From Eukaryota sp. TZLM1-RC (taxonomy: Eukaryota > Protista > Metamonada: BaSk clade), in the NCBI GenBank assembly GCA_040285825.1, contig JAUPSS010000001.1, positions 3,534,001-3,598,000 of the forward strand: a DNA stretch of 64,000 nucleotides, read 5' to 3'. Shown here piece by piece: positions 1-13,495 of this stretch. The notes beneath the pieces are model-generated. The model made no database searches. It had not been told where the DNA came from and saw only the letters and a list, made by a program, of their open reading frames with translations. A program made the position numbers and the translations under genes. Numbering within the stretch: the stretch's first letter is position 1; the number at the start of each line of letters is the position of its first letter.

Positions 1-2868
1 ATTTCTCGAGAACATTTTACAAATTAAATTATGAGGTAAATTATCAGGCCAGATAAAGGAACGAAAATCTCATATTCAGAGTCCAAGCAGAATCGGATAA
101 GAGAGTACCATAAACTTGTGGAATTGTTGTTACTAAGGCAGAAGAAGTACTGTCACACATATCTTGTAAAAGATTTGCAAAAAGCGGGATTCTTTTTCTT
201 GGCCAAGCCAAGTCTAACATCAAAATCCAAGCTTTCAAAAATCTTTGACAATTTTTTTGTTGAAGCTTTTTACAGCAAAACTGTAAATTAAATAGAGATC
301 GGTTTGGAATTTCTTGAATTGATTGAGGAAAACATTTGGTCCAAATTTGTGGCGGTAATTTTTTTCAAGTTCACAAGATAACTCATACAAATAGGGACTA
401 CAATTGGGGACTAACAGATGAGAATCATCAGGAAATCTACGAGAAAATTCATAAATAAAAATTTTTTTGCCACCACCCAAGAATGCTGATTGACACAAAA
501 ATTGAAGATTTAGTAAAATCCAATACCCCCCAAATTTGCTGAAGAAAATAAAATGGCTTTTTCAACATTCCTGGTTCTACATCCAATAAATCAGCAAAAA
601 AATTCTGTTCTCAATGAATTAAAAGAACGACAAAAATCTAATGCTATGGAAGGAGCACAAGATCTCAAAATGTGGGTTATTCTCCCAGTGTAGCAAATTT
701 TTTAAGCATAAAAAAATTTTAATATGCTTTTTCTATATCTAAAGAAGAAATTGAATCAAGTTCAATTTTTCATTTTTCCAAAAATAACTTGCAATTCATT
801 CTGAATTTGAGGCACATTTCTAACCAACAACCAAGGAACTTAAAAAGCATCACTACTATAATTAGTAAAAGGGACAATAGAATCGTTTATCACGAGGTCT
901 TGAGCAGAAGAGCCAATCAGAAGGCATTTGCTGGCATTAAGATGAAGCCCAATATTTTTCATATGAATCGGCAATTTCTTGAGCAACCAATTCTAGTAAA
1001 TCAAATGAACCAATCAAGGATATATCATCCATATAAGCAACTATTTTTTTATAGAAGGGTATTTTTTTGCTTAATGATATTTAAAAGTTTTGTGAATAGC
1101 CAAACAAAACAATAATGGACCTAAAGGGTCACCTTGCTTCACACCAGAAGATGATTTAAGAGCAAATGAATTAAAAATTAAATCTGATTCTTTACCATAA
1201 AAATGGTAGAAAAAAACTCGATAGCTCAGGAAAATCAGATTTTAATAACTTCAAAAATTGCTTCTCGCTTTACAGAATTAAAAAGCATTTTTTTAAAGTC
1301 GAGATTAAAAAAATAAAAATTATTTTTCCTCTGCATTAAAAAAAGGTATCAGAGGCAATAGCAGCAACAGAAGCACCATCAATTGTGTTGATTCCAAATT
1401 GATGAGGATTCAAAAAAATGTAGAGGCTTTTGTCTTTGACACGATCGAAGACAATTGATGCCAGCAAACGAGAAAGAGATTCACCAACAGCAATTGGGCG
1501 TATTCCATCAGGTTTGATTCCGTTTCCAGGCTTTTACTAAAAGCAATCAGACGTGCTGCGAGCAATTCAAATGGAGGATTATTTTCAAAACAATTAATTG
1601 TTGAAAATAGTGGGCTAGATCATCAGCAATTTCGGGAGCACTGGAACACGCTATTTTTAAGAGATCAAAAGAAATTCCAGATGGGCCTGCTGCTTTCCCC
1701 TTAGGTAATTTTTGAATAGCTTTAAGAACCTCAATTGCAGTAATAGGATTTTTCAATCCAAAAGGACACACTTCAGGCTTGCTGCACTTGAAATTTTTCT
1801 TGAGGATGCAACTTTTGGAGTTTTTCAAGGGTATCAGAGTTTACATCAGCCAAAGAAGAGGAAAACAAAGACTGCTTTGCGGCACCATAACGACCACGTA
1901 AGCACAATTTTTCGGCAAATTTTTGATTTTACAATTTTTTTCTATTTCCAAATTTTTTTCTTAAAAACAATTTTTTTGTTTTTCTAGCAAAAATATTTCC
2001 AGAAGGATGAAATATTCCACTTATTATTTTTTTAATTCAGAAGTAAAATTTCTCATTTCCATTGAGCAGGGGATTGTGCTGGCGGGACTTATTTCTACTG
2101 GGATCCGGATCGGGGGTCTTACGGTATCAACGGCTTTTACAATTCTGTACAAAACAGAAGTTTTTCGACCATTTCGTGAATCTGCAACATGCAAAATGGA
2201 CAACAAAAAAATTACTGTTTTTCAGAAGGGAAGAAGAGGGAACACTAGAAGCATTTAACTGTTGATCGTCAGAAACATTATTTTTCAGCACCTTTCACAA
2301 CGGCAACAGCTGGAACAGAACATTTGAGAATTTGTTGAGCAGATTTTAATTCAAATTCTCTTTTTTTGTTTCTCAGGGCACGTTCTCGAATTATGACCAC
2401 TGATACCACAAATCGAACATTTTTTTAGAACCTTTTAATGGCAGTGGTTTCATTTTTTTCAGTTCTTTCAATTTTTGTCAATTTTTTTGAGTTAAAAGTA
2501 GAAATAGACTTTTGACTTTTTGCAGTTTCAGCTGGAGAAAACAAATTTCGAGAAACGGAGTTGTTAATAGAACGCAACAGAACGCAAGGAACGTAATGGT
2601 GGTTTTTTTCTGTGTTTTTTCTGGTACAATGATCAGTTTTGAATGAAATTTTTTTGAGATGAATTTCGAGCATAGCTTGTATTGTGGGGAGAGTGGGGAA
2701 GTGGAATGGATGAGCTTGATCTGACTGGTAGAATCTTTGCTTGGGCGTTCCAATCAGTATCAGAGTCACTATCAGCCAAAGGCATCGTTTTTGACAGAGA
2801 AACAGTACGACTTTGACGCCTTGACAGAAAGTGAAATATGAAAGGGTTGACTAAGGGAGGGAGAAAAA
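1..2868 (-). mobile_element. Family A element with intact 5' end; 3' part lies outside the window; adjoins/interrupts family E
   Basis: 5' TTTTTCTCCCTCCCTTAG at 2868 downward, MPLADSDSDTDW start, RT segments; many homopolymer frameshifts. Confidence 0.92.
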
Positions 2869-4880
2869 TCCATTCAAAAAGAAAAATTTTTTTCATACCA
2901 CCAATAAAAAGCACTTTTGCATAAATACTCTGCTTTTTGAAAAACCAACTCCACCAAATTTGGACTAAAAAAATGCATGATAAGGAATTTTAGATGGACA
3001 AACTTCTACTAAATTTCCTAAGAAATTTGTTCTCAAAGTATTGAATTGACGTGCAAAATCATGAGAAATTGTGGGAGATAAAGAACGAAGAAGATGATTA
3101 ATTTTTGATCCAAAAACACACATTTAGGACCGAAAAACGCTAAATGTTTGTCAATTTCTAGATCTTGAATAGCCAAAAGTTGCTCTTCGATTTTTTTCCA
3201 AAAATACCTGACAAAAATCGATTTAACTTTTTTTCACTATTTCCAAAAATAAGATCCAAGAAACCGAATAGCATCTTCCTCGTAATCAACGTATTTGATA
3301 AAAAGTTTCATTAAATGCCACCTCCGCATGCTGATTACCAATAATGAAACACTTGGGCAATTTAATGTCTAACCCTATTTGTTTGGCCAGAAAAACAAAA
3401 TGTTGTAAACCGTGTTGTAAAAAGAGACAAAAGGGCCAATAAGTGATAAATCATCTGCATAAGCACAAATATGAATGTCAGGAAAATCCGACTTAAATTT
3501 TACCAAAAACTGATTGCAGTGCTAGGCAAAAGAAAAAAATGGACCCAATGGATCCCCTTGTTTGACCCCTCTTGACGAAACAATATTCTCAGAATGAAAA
3601 AAATTAAGTTAGAGGGTGATCCATACATCAATTTAAAATACGGCAAAAAGTGAAGGATAGTGTAGTTCAAGTTCTTGCAAAAATACTGGAGCGAAAAACG
3701 GAGTTGAAAGCATTTTTAAAATCAATGTTCAATAAATAATTTTCGCCTTTTTGATTGAAAAGTAAATCTGTACACAACGCAGCACATGTTGTGCCATCAG
3801 GAATTCCGATAGCAAACTGATAAGGACGAAAAATAATTAATTGCGGATGACTTAACTCTTTTAAAAAGAAATAATTGCTAATAATCTCGTTATGGACTCA
3901 CCAACAGCAATAGGTCTGACACCACCTCCAGGCTTATTTAAAAGCAACTAAACGAGATGCCATTAACGCTTGTGGTAACTTGAAACGTCCCATGATGACA
4001 CTATTAAAAAAAGAAAAACTAAATCATCCACGATTTCTGGACATATGTTGACTGCGGACTTCAAATGATCATAACTAAGTCCAGAAGGCCCAGCAGAACG
4101 ACCAGACGGAAGTCCTTTAATAGCTACACTAACTTCATCACAAGTGATAGGATTAGCAGTGAAGAAATCACGTTCATTATCAGAGACAATGTGATTTATG
4201 GTGAAGTCTTCAGGTGGATGAAGAGAATTTAAAGAATCCAATGTTTCATCATTGAAGGCAGCAGGAGAAGAACCAGCCAATAATTTAAGTGCTGAAGAGT
4301 ATTGTGAACGAAGAATCAAAGACTCAAAGCGCTTTTTTTGACATTTTTAGATTGTGGAACCGACTTCTTATATTTAGATTTCTTGTGTGAAGACATAGCC
4401 TTAGAAAGAAAAAAATTTCCAAAAAAATCGAAGGATTCCAAATGCCCTTTCGAAGAGAGAAGGTTAAAGATCGAATAACTGTTGCAAGAGAAGACGAATG
4501 AGCAGGAGAAACGAATTGAGGGATTGCAAATGGAGGTCTACAAGGATCAATTGGCGTGCAAGAGTCACAAAACCAAAAAGAGGTCGACCTGAAACATTGA
4601 ATCCAGAAACTGGAGAACAACAGAACAAACATGATTTTGTATTACTACTGACTGAAGACGAATGAAGTATATGTGGAGGCTCAATAGACTCAATAAGTGA
4701 AGATAATGATGCCAATACAGCTTCATCTGACAAAACTTTTCGCCGAGGACATGTTGTTTTTGTGTGACCAACAGTTTTGCACAAAGAACAGGTAGTCACA
4801 GAATTCTTAGGGCGTCCTCTAGAAGGTTTTGAAGTAACTGACTTTGGAGGCATAGATAAGCATGGAGGGAGAAAAAAAAA
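2869..4880 (-). mobile_element. Family E element, 5' two-thirds (AT-hook, CCHC knuckle, RT with YADD)
   Basis: ATG at 4853 gives MPPKSVTSKPSRGRPKNSVTTCSLCKTVGHTKTTC; GLPSGRSAGPSG; GVKQGDPLGP near 3540-3570; AYADD near 3451-3465; 5' end T9-CTCCCTCC. Confidence 0.88.
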
Positions 4881-5713
4881 TTTTTTTTTATTATTTATTT
4901 TTATTCAACAACAAATATGAAATACACAATTAAAACTCCACATCCTCAAAACCTGCCTCCCCTACATCAAAACAATTAATCGCTAAAGATTCAGAAAAAT
5001 TTCCCAAAAGAAGATAGTGAATCAGAAATTAGTGTTACCATTCCTTTTAAAAATAGAAAATACAATCCTGTTTTTGCCAGTAAACACGATTGAAAAATTC
5101 TTCCAGTTCTTTCCTTTACAACTACAACAAAATCCTCAAAGAAAGCCATAGCAGCCTTACCTAGAGATCCAAGCAAAGAAAAAACAAATGGACATAAATT
5201 ATATTGGGCATGAGAATTTTCATTAACCGAGGAAATGGGTTTCGCATATTTAGCAATTTTATATTTTTCGCCTGCAAGAAGAGGATTATTTACATCCGAG
5301 TTAATGAAATGTTCGTTAGAGGAATTACAAGGGTCAATAGACATGGCGTCCAAAATAGTAAAACTACCATTTAAACCAGAAACAACTAGATCACCTCTAG
5401 TCAGACCCATAGAAGCTCTGTTGTAACGCGTACTATCAATATTGGGATCATCAAGAATTAATTTTGATAACAGCGGTTCTAAAAAGGAATCTACACGATA
5501 TGATTTGCACATTACATAAATTTGGTCCCTGACGTTATTATGCACTTTGCTTCTAAACGTAATAAAATGTTTACAGTTCAAAAGATGAGTAAACAAAAGA
5601 GGTTTACCACATTTACAAGTTAAATGATTGGGCAAATTGTTTGGCCACAGAAAACAACGAAAACGCATGTTTAGAAGCCATTCATTGTCTTTTAACAAAA
5701 GTCCATAAACAGA
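4881..5713 (-). mobile_element. Family D, 5'-truncated (knuckle + RLE); its poly(A) abuts the 5' end of family E
   Basis: ORF 4991-5698; matches the D copy at 49939-50949; tail at 4881-4905. Confidence 0.92.
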
Positions 5714-6020
5714 AAAAGTTTGTTATTCTGGAAAATTTACTTATATTTTGAAATCAACATCACCATCAATTTCTTTTGAGTTTTGTCGAATTTTTAATGA
5801 ACAGAGAACCAATTTTTTAGCAAAATTATTTAGTAATTTTTCCAGCATAACAAATTTTCAAAAGAAAAAACTTAAGATGTTTTTCCAATTCAAGAGTCTT
5901 TATGACTTTTAGCTCTTTTTTAATTGAATTTAAATAATTTTCAAGGCTGTCAAGTGTCTTTTCGGCGGAACCTAAATAGCAACCCAGAAAGCAGAAACTA
6001 GTTTTACTCATTTACTGCGA

Positions 6021-6369
6021 ATCCTACTGCCTTTGTCCAAATTGGCCAGTCTACAGCATGCAAAATACAATTTGTATCCATTTGTATTTTCCCTTTTTGG
6101 TTCACTTGCACCAACTGCTTTACGTTTTTTGGATGATTTTGAAATGATTGTAAAGAGAAGAACTGGCAGAAATTTCAACAGATTGTTTTGGCAAAATAGA
6201 ATTGTGTTTTCTATTTTTAAGGGGATGTTGAAGATGGTTTCTGATGCTTTGCTTTCTCTTGGATCTCACTATGAGAGAGTTGCATCTAGTGTTTTTGTTT
6301 TGGGAGAGATGGATTTTTTAGATGTTGATTTATTGTTTTGGAATAAAATTAATTTTTTTAAAAAAAAAT
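6021..6369 (+). mobile_element. Family A short 3' fragment
   Basis: TSD TCATTTACTGCGA 6008-6020/6370-6382; poly(A) 6360-6368; encodes the A C-terminus. Confidence 0.9.
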
Positions 6370-6401
6370 TCATTTACTGCGATCATTACCTCCATCCCTA
6401 A

Positions 6402-8712
6402 AATATTTGACCAAAGCTGCATTTATTGGTGGTGGAAAAAATTTTGTATTTGAATTCTCTAGAAGATATCCTTTTGCCGAAAATCTTCTTGAAAATACAA
6501 ATAGCATATTCCTGGATAACTTAAGAGAAGAAATATCCAGTTTATCTCCCGACTTATGGCAATCATGTTTCCCCATATCCATTCAAGAAATTCCAGACAG
6601 AAGTTTATATTCATTAAAATTTGCGTTGAAAAGCTCCAACGACATCTTTTGAAAAATTTTGAAAACAAGGATTTTATTGTTCGACTTAGCACGGCTAAGA
6701 AAGAAAATCCTGCTTTTGCCAATTTTTTTGATTGATTTGAAGGACAGTTCTTCTGCAGTTTTGATAAATCAAATTCCCCCAGATTTATGGTCTATTTTTG
6801 AATGACGACCAATGGACCACTGCTATGAGAATGCGTTGTTATTTATGGCCTTGTAATTTGCCCAATGATTTGTTTTTGTAAATGTGGAGCTGGTTTGACA
6901 TTATCACATTTATTTAATTGTAATAGATATATTTCCTATCGTTCTACGTTGCATGATGCAGTCAGAGATCAAATCCATGCAATGTGTAATTCCTATCATA
7001 TTGAATCTTTTGTAGAACCTTTGTTGAGGTCTCTTGATATAAATGAAAGCGTAAGAGATTCAGAATATGGAAAACGACGTGCTGATGTTGTTGTGCCCTC
7101 GTTTGATGATGTCATGAATGTTGTTGATGTCGTAACAGTGGATGTATGCAAGAAAAATGCCTTGAAAAATGCTCAATCCGAAGTATCCCCCCTTGATGAC
7201 TCCGAATTGTACAAACGGAAAAAGTATGCAAATCCTTTAAAAGAATTGAAACATGTTCGCCATGTAGATTACCAAATTTGCCCATTTGCTATATCGTTGT
7301 ATGGTCGTCTTGGAAAAACTGCTTTGAATTTTATTGATGATTTTGAAAATCTTGTAAAAAAAAGAATGAATAAGCGTTTTGATCGTCGCTTGTGGCTAAA
7401 TCGTATTATGAATTTGTGAATCGTTTTCCTGAAAAAATTCATCTCATTGAAAATTGTGGCAGCTCCTATCTTATTTCTTTGCAACAGGAAATTGAAACTC
7501 TTTCACCCAATATTTGGGCTAAATGTTTCCCCTCTGATATTGTGGAACTTCCTTCAAGAAGCTTGCTCTCCTTACCATTGACTTTTGCAAAATTGCAGAA
7601 AAAAATTTTGAAAGTTTTAGAAAACTTGGATTATATTGTACGTCTTAGCTTGGCTAAGGAAAAAAATCCCGTTTTTGCAAACTTTTTGATTGATCTTGAT
7701 GACAGTTGCTCAAGCTGCTTAATCTCCCAAATTCCCAACATTTACGGCCTTCTACTTAATGATCACCAATGGACCACTGCAATGAGATTGAGATGTTTTC
7801 TATGGCCTTGCTCATTGCCAAATGATTTAATTTGTCGCTGCAAGAGTGTTGTTACGCTTTCCCATATTTTAAACTGTAAGTATTTCATAACTTATCGCTC
7901 ACTTGTTCATGACTCAGTTCGTGATCAATTATATGCCATGTGCAAAAGTTTCAATATAGAGGCATTTATTGAGCCACTAGTACGTAAGCTGTCTTCAGAT
8001 CAAACTGATGATTCCTTTGGTAAAAGAAGGGCAGATTTAGTAGCTCCAGGGATCGATGGTGTTCTCAATGTTGTAGACGTTGTCTCAGTGGATGTTTGCA
8101 AAAATTCTGCTGCTCGTTTAGTGTATTCCGCTGACTCGCCGTTATCTAACGCCGAAAAAAAGAAGATAAAAAAATATGAAGAACCTTTGGCACAGTTAGG
8201 TAGAGTGGAACATGTGAAATATCAGTTTGTGCCGTTTGCAATTTCTCTTTTTGGCAATATTGGACCTTCAGGCTTGCACTTTTTGGAAAATTTTAAAAAA
8301 GTGTTACTGAATAGGTCTGGTAAAACAATGAACTCCACTTTCTGGTTAAATAGAATTGTTTTTTGCATTTTCAAGTCTATTCCAACAATGATTTCAAAGG
8401 CACTTTTAGCTATTGGTGTAGAATATGAACGTAATGCTGTGAGTAGGTTCAGTAATAGTGACGCTTGTTTGGAGGATATTGAATTATAGATGGTTATTTT
8501 TATCTCAATAAATAAATAAATAAATAAAAAAAAATCGTATTGTTTTTACTATTTTCAAATCAATTCCTAAAATGATTTCGAAAGCTTTAATGTCTGTCAG
8601 TGCACATTATGAAAACATTGCTGCTGTAAGGTTTGATGGTGTGGAAGCTTGTTTTGAAGATATTGACTTTTAGTCTGTGGTTTTGAAAATAAATTAAAAT
8701 TAAATTAAAAAA
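6402..8712 (+). mobile_element. Family B, 5'-truncated, interrupted by a C copy; joined head to tail to full-length D
   Basis: Matches B from about 53370 to 54543; ends ACFEDIDF*, then AATAAA and A-rich tail. Confidence 0.9.
7408..8531 (+). mobile_element. Family C, 5'-truncated (knuckle + RLE)
   Basis: ORF 7392-8489 ending DACLEDIEL; TSD AAATCGTATT 7398-7407/8532-8541. Confidence 0.92.
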
Positions 8713-8812
8713 TTTTTTTATTTTTTTTTATTTTTCTCCCTCCCTTAGTCAACCCTCTCATATTTCACTTTCTGTCACGGCGTCAAAGTCGTACTGTGTC
8801 TTTGCCAAAACG

Positions 8813-11800
8813 ATGCCAGTGACTGACAGTGACTCTGATACTGATTGGAATGCCCAAGCAAAGATTCTACCCATCAGATCAAACTCATCCCCTTCACTTC
8901 TCCACTCTCCCCACCCTTCAAGCTATGCTCGAAATTCTTCTCAAAAAAATTTGAAAATTTTTAAAAAAGACTTTTTGCCTTTGTGTGATGCCCCTGATAT
9001 TACGCCTGAAAAAGTGCAAAAAGAAGACATACCTGTTCCAAATGTGGCAAGGTTGGTCATAACATTAGAAAATGTCCTGATATTATTACCGAAAAAAATG
9101 AGACTGAAAACCAATATTTCTATTGTTAATAGTTTGCAAACGCCATCCGAACTAAATCTTCCTCCTGTTCCCAATGTTTCTGCTGATGATGTTAATTATG
9201 ATTTAAATATTGATCAAACTCATTTACCAAAAACTGTTGCTCCTGATCCTACGGATAATGTCTTGAAACATAGTTGTCCTTTTTGCAAAAAAGTTCCTCT
9301 CTAATTCTTCTAATGGTCGCCCTCTATTGTTTTGTTTTGACTGTCAAACAAGTGATTCTCTTCGTACACCTGTTAAAAATTCCTGTAGAGGTGAGTCCTG
9401 CCAGTTCTGTTCCTTTGTCAATGGAAATGCGTTCTTTTTTTCTTCGCAATTGAAATTAAACAAATGGAACATAACAAGATTTTGGAAATTCTTTGCCAAA
9501 AAGAATAAGAAGAAAAATTAATTACAAACCAAAACAGAGAAAAAGCTAATTCATCTTTTCAAGCAAAAAAATTGTTTTTGAGAGGTAGATATGGAAGCGG
9601 ATTAAAAAATATTTTTTCGGGAAAACTGGCTGATACCAATCTCGAAACTGTTGAAAAATTGAAATCCCTCCATCCAACTGAACATTTTTGCCCCAGTAAG
9701 CCTTCTATTTGTCAATATTGGCTCGAAAAATCCATTTCAGGCTCACGAAGTATTGAATGCCGTTGCTAAATTACCAAAAGGAAAAGCTGCTGGTCCTTCA
9801 GGCATTTCCTTTGATTTGTTAAAAACTGCCTGTAAAAATGCTCCTGAAATTGTTGAGGATCTTGCTTCCTATTTTCAAAATTTAATGTGTTTAAATTATG
9901 TTCCTCCGCCTGAATTGACTGCTGCCCGTTTAGTTGCTTTAGTTAAACCTGGTAAAGGTGACAAACCTGATGGAGTTAGACCAATTGCTATTGGAGAGTC
10001 ATTAACCAGTTTGCTTTTCTTCGCTTATTTTTAACAGAATTTCTACTAAAGCAAGGGACTATTTGAAGCCTTTCCAATTTGGTATAAAAACTGTTGAAGG
10101 TGCTTCTGTTGCTTCAATGACTTCAGATGTTTTTTTCAATAGTCAACAGCATCAATATATTTTCAATTTGGATTTCAAAAATGCTTTCAATTCTGTGAAA
10201 CGTAATTGTATTTTTGATGTCCTTCTTCATGATTTTCCTGAACTTACTGCATATTTTTTATTTATTTTATGGAAAAAAATCAGACTTAATTTTTGACTCC
10301 TTTACCCTTGAATCTTCTTCTGGTGTGAAACAAGGTGATCCTCTAGGCCCTTTGCTGTTTTGTTTGGCTATTCATAATATTATTAAAATGACACAACAAG
10401 ATTTCCCTGATTTGCGTATTGTTGCCTATATGGATGACATTTCTATTATTGGTTCTTTTGAAAGCATTTCTAGGGTTTCTGAAGACATTGCGGCGAAATA
10501 CAAAGAAATTGGTTTAGCTTTGAACCCATCTAAATGTCTCTTGATTGGTAGAGAAAAACAATCTTTGATGATTGGTGGAGCTCAGATTCCTTTTATCAAT
10601 TATGACCATCAAGCTTTTAAGTTTCTTGGATGTTGGCTTGGCAATTTGGATGAAATTTATTCCCAGTTAAACAATTTATTGGAGAAGTTTGACATTTTTT
10701 TTTAAAATTTAATTTTATTCTAAACCTATAAATCAACATCTAAAAAATCCATCTCTCCCAAAACAAAAACACTAGATGCAACTCTCTCATAGTGAGATCC
10801 AAGAGAAAGCAAAGCATCAGAAACCATCTTCAACATCCCCTTAAAAATAGAAAACACAATTCTATTTTGCCAAAACAATCTGTTGAAATTTCTGCCAGTT
10901 CTTCTCTTTTCAATCATTTCAAAATCATCCAAAAAAACGTAAAGCAGTTGGTGCAAGTGAACCAAAAAGGAAAATACAAATGGATACAAATTGTATTTTG
11001 CATGCTGTAGACTGGCCAATTTGGACAAAGGTTCATTGTATTTTTTTGAATTTAAAATTTTCAGCATTTGAAAGGGATTATGAATTTCAGAATTAACAAG
11101 CCTTTCATTTGAGGCATTACAAGGATCAACAGACATTACATCCAATAAAAATGAAGCTTCCATCTAATCCAGGTAATATGACATCACCTCTATTATTCTT
11201 ATGAAAATCATTTTCAGCATCAAACAGATTTGACAACATAGGTTCCAAGAAGGATTCAATTCTATGAGATTTACACATACAATATAACTGGTCTCTTACA
11301 GCATCATGAACCTTGCTTCTAAAAAGTAATAAAATGTTTACAATTTAACAAATGAGTAGTTGTAATTTCTCGGGAACATTTACAAATTAAATTATGAGGT
11401 AAATTATCAGGCCAGATAAAGGAACGAAATCTCATATTCAGAGTCCAAGCAGAATCGGATAAGAGAGTACCATAAACTTGTGGAATTGTTGTTACTAAGG
11501 CAGAAGAAGTACTGTCACATATATCTTGTAAAAAGATTTGCAAAAGCGGGATTCTTTTTCTTGGCCAAGCCAAGTCTAACATCAAAATCCAAGCTTTCAA
11601 AAATCTTTGACAATTTTTGTTGAAGCTTTTTACAGCAAAACTGTAAATTAAATAGAGATCGGTTTGGAATTTCTTGAATTGATTGAGGAAAACTTTTGGT
11701 CCAAATTTGTGGCGGTAATTTTTCAAGTTCACAAGATAACTCATACAAATAGGGACTACAATTGGGGACTAACAGATGAGAATCATCAGGAAATCTACGA

Positions 11801-13495
11801 GAAAATTCATAAATAAAATTTTTGCCACCACCCAAGAATGCTGATTGACACAAAATTGAAGATTTAGTAAAACCAATACCACCCAAATTTGCTGAAGAAA
11901 ATAAATGGCTTTTCAACATTCCTGGTTCTACATCCAATAAATCAGCAAAAAATTCTGTTCTCAATGAATTAAAAGAACGACAAAAATCTAATGCTATGGA
12001 AGGAGCACAAGATCTCAAAATGTGGGTTATTCTCCCAGTGTAGCAAATTTTAAGCAATATAATATAGTTTGACAAGGATCTTAGTTTTATTGCTGAATGT
12101 GACATTGAGAAACACATCAAATTTTTTATTTTAAAAATTTGTTATTCTGGAAAAATTCACTCATATTTTAAGGTCAACTCCCCTTCGGTATCTCTCAATT
12201 TTTGCAGATCTTTTTAACAAACTTCGAGTCAAATTTTTTTCTTCTTTATTAGAAGTAAATGAATCTTTAATTCGAAGTCATGTATTTTGTTCAGCAGATT
12301 TGGGTGGAATTGGATTCACCAAATCTTCGATTCTGTGTAAAGCAGCATTTTTGGGAGGTGGTAAAATTTTGTTTTTGAATTTTTCCAAAGGTTCCCTTTT
12401 GATGTTCATCTGATCAATGGTGAATCAAATTTTTACTTGAATCAACTGCAATTTGAATTAGAAAATTTGCCTAGTGATATCTGGATTCAGTGTTTTCCTC
12501 AAAATGTTCAAGAAATTCCCACTCGATCACTTCCAAATTTACGTTTTTGCTTGAAAAAGCTTCAGCACCATCTGGTTAAATTATATGAAGGCTTGGATTA
12601 TGAAGTAAGACTTGGCTTGGCCAAAACTAAAAATCCCGCTTTCGGTAATTTTTTAAAGGATATTCGTCATAGTTCAGCTGCTGCTTTAGTAACTCAAGTT
12701 CCCTCTGTTTATGGACTTTTGTTAAAAGACAATGAATGGCTTCTAAACATGCGTTTTCGTTGTTTTCTGTGGCCAAACAATTTGCCCAATCATTTAACTT
12801 GTAAATGTGGTAAACCTCTTTTGTTTACTCATCTTTTGAACTGTAAACATTTCATTACGTTTAGAAGTAAAGTGCATAATAACGTCAGGGACCAAATTTA
12901 TGTAATGTGCAAATCATATCGTGTAGATTCCTTTTTAGAACCGCTGTTATCAATATTAATTCTTGATGATCCCAATATTGATAGTACGCGTTACAACAGA
13001 GCTTCTATGGGTCTGACTAGAGGTGATCTAGTTGTTCCTGGTTTAAATGGTAGTTTTACTATTTTGGACGCCATGTCTATTGACCCTTGTAATTCCTCTA
13101 ACGAACATTTCATTAACTCGGATGTAAATAATCCTCTTCTTGCAGGCGAAAAATATAAAATTGCTAAATATGCGAAACCCATTTCCTCGGTTAATGAAAA
13201 TTCTCATGCCCAATATAATTTATGTCCATTTGTTTTTTCTTTGCTTGGATCTCTAGGTAAGGCTGCTATGGCTTTCCTGGAGGATTTTGTTGTAGTTGTA
13301 AAGGAAAGAACTGGAAGAATTTTCAATCGTGTTTACTGGCAAAACAGGATTGTATTTTTCTATTTTTAAGGGAATGGTAACACTAATTTCTGATTCACTA
13401 TCTTCTTTTGGGAAATTTTCTGAATCTTTAGCGATTAATTGTTTTGATGTAGGGGAGGCAGGTTTTGAGGATGTGGAGTTTTTATTGTGTATTTC
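8813..13495 (+). pseudogene. Family D polyprotein (Zn knuckle-RT-RLE), disrupted by an insertion and homopolymer frameshifts
   Basis: ORF pieces 8813-9304, 9572-9769, 9753-10034, 10063-10296, 10214-10705, 12437-13369, 13329-13523. Confidence 0.88.
10695..12065 (-). mobile_element. Family A (A' subtype: IEKRR/EPML/QDIC), 5'-truncated
   Basis: TSD AGTTTGACA 10686-10694/12066-12074; AT-only filler at the 5' junction. Confidence 0.92.

Noticed and set aside
6394-6410. A ~135-bp internal deletion in B
   Set aside because: The missing sequence resumes at 13545 with an 8-bp duplication, so this is an insertion boundary.
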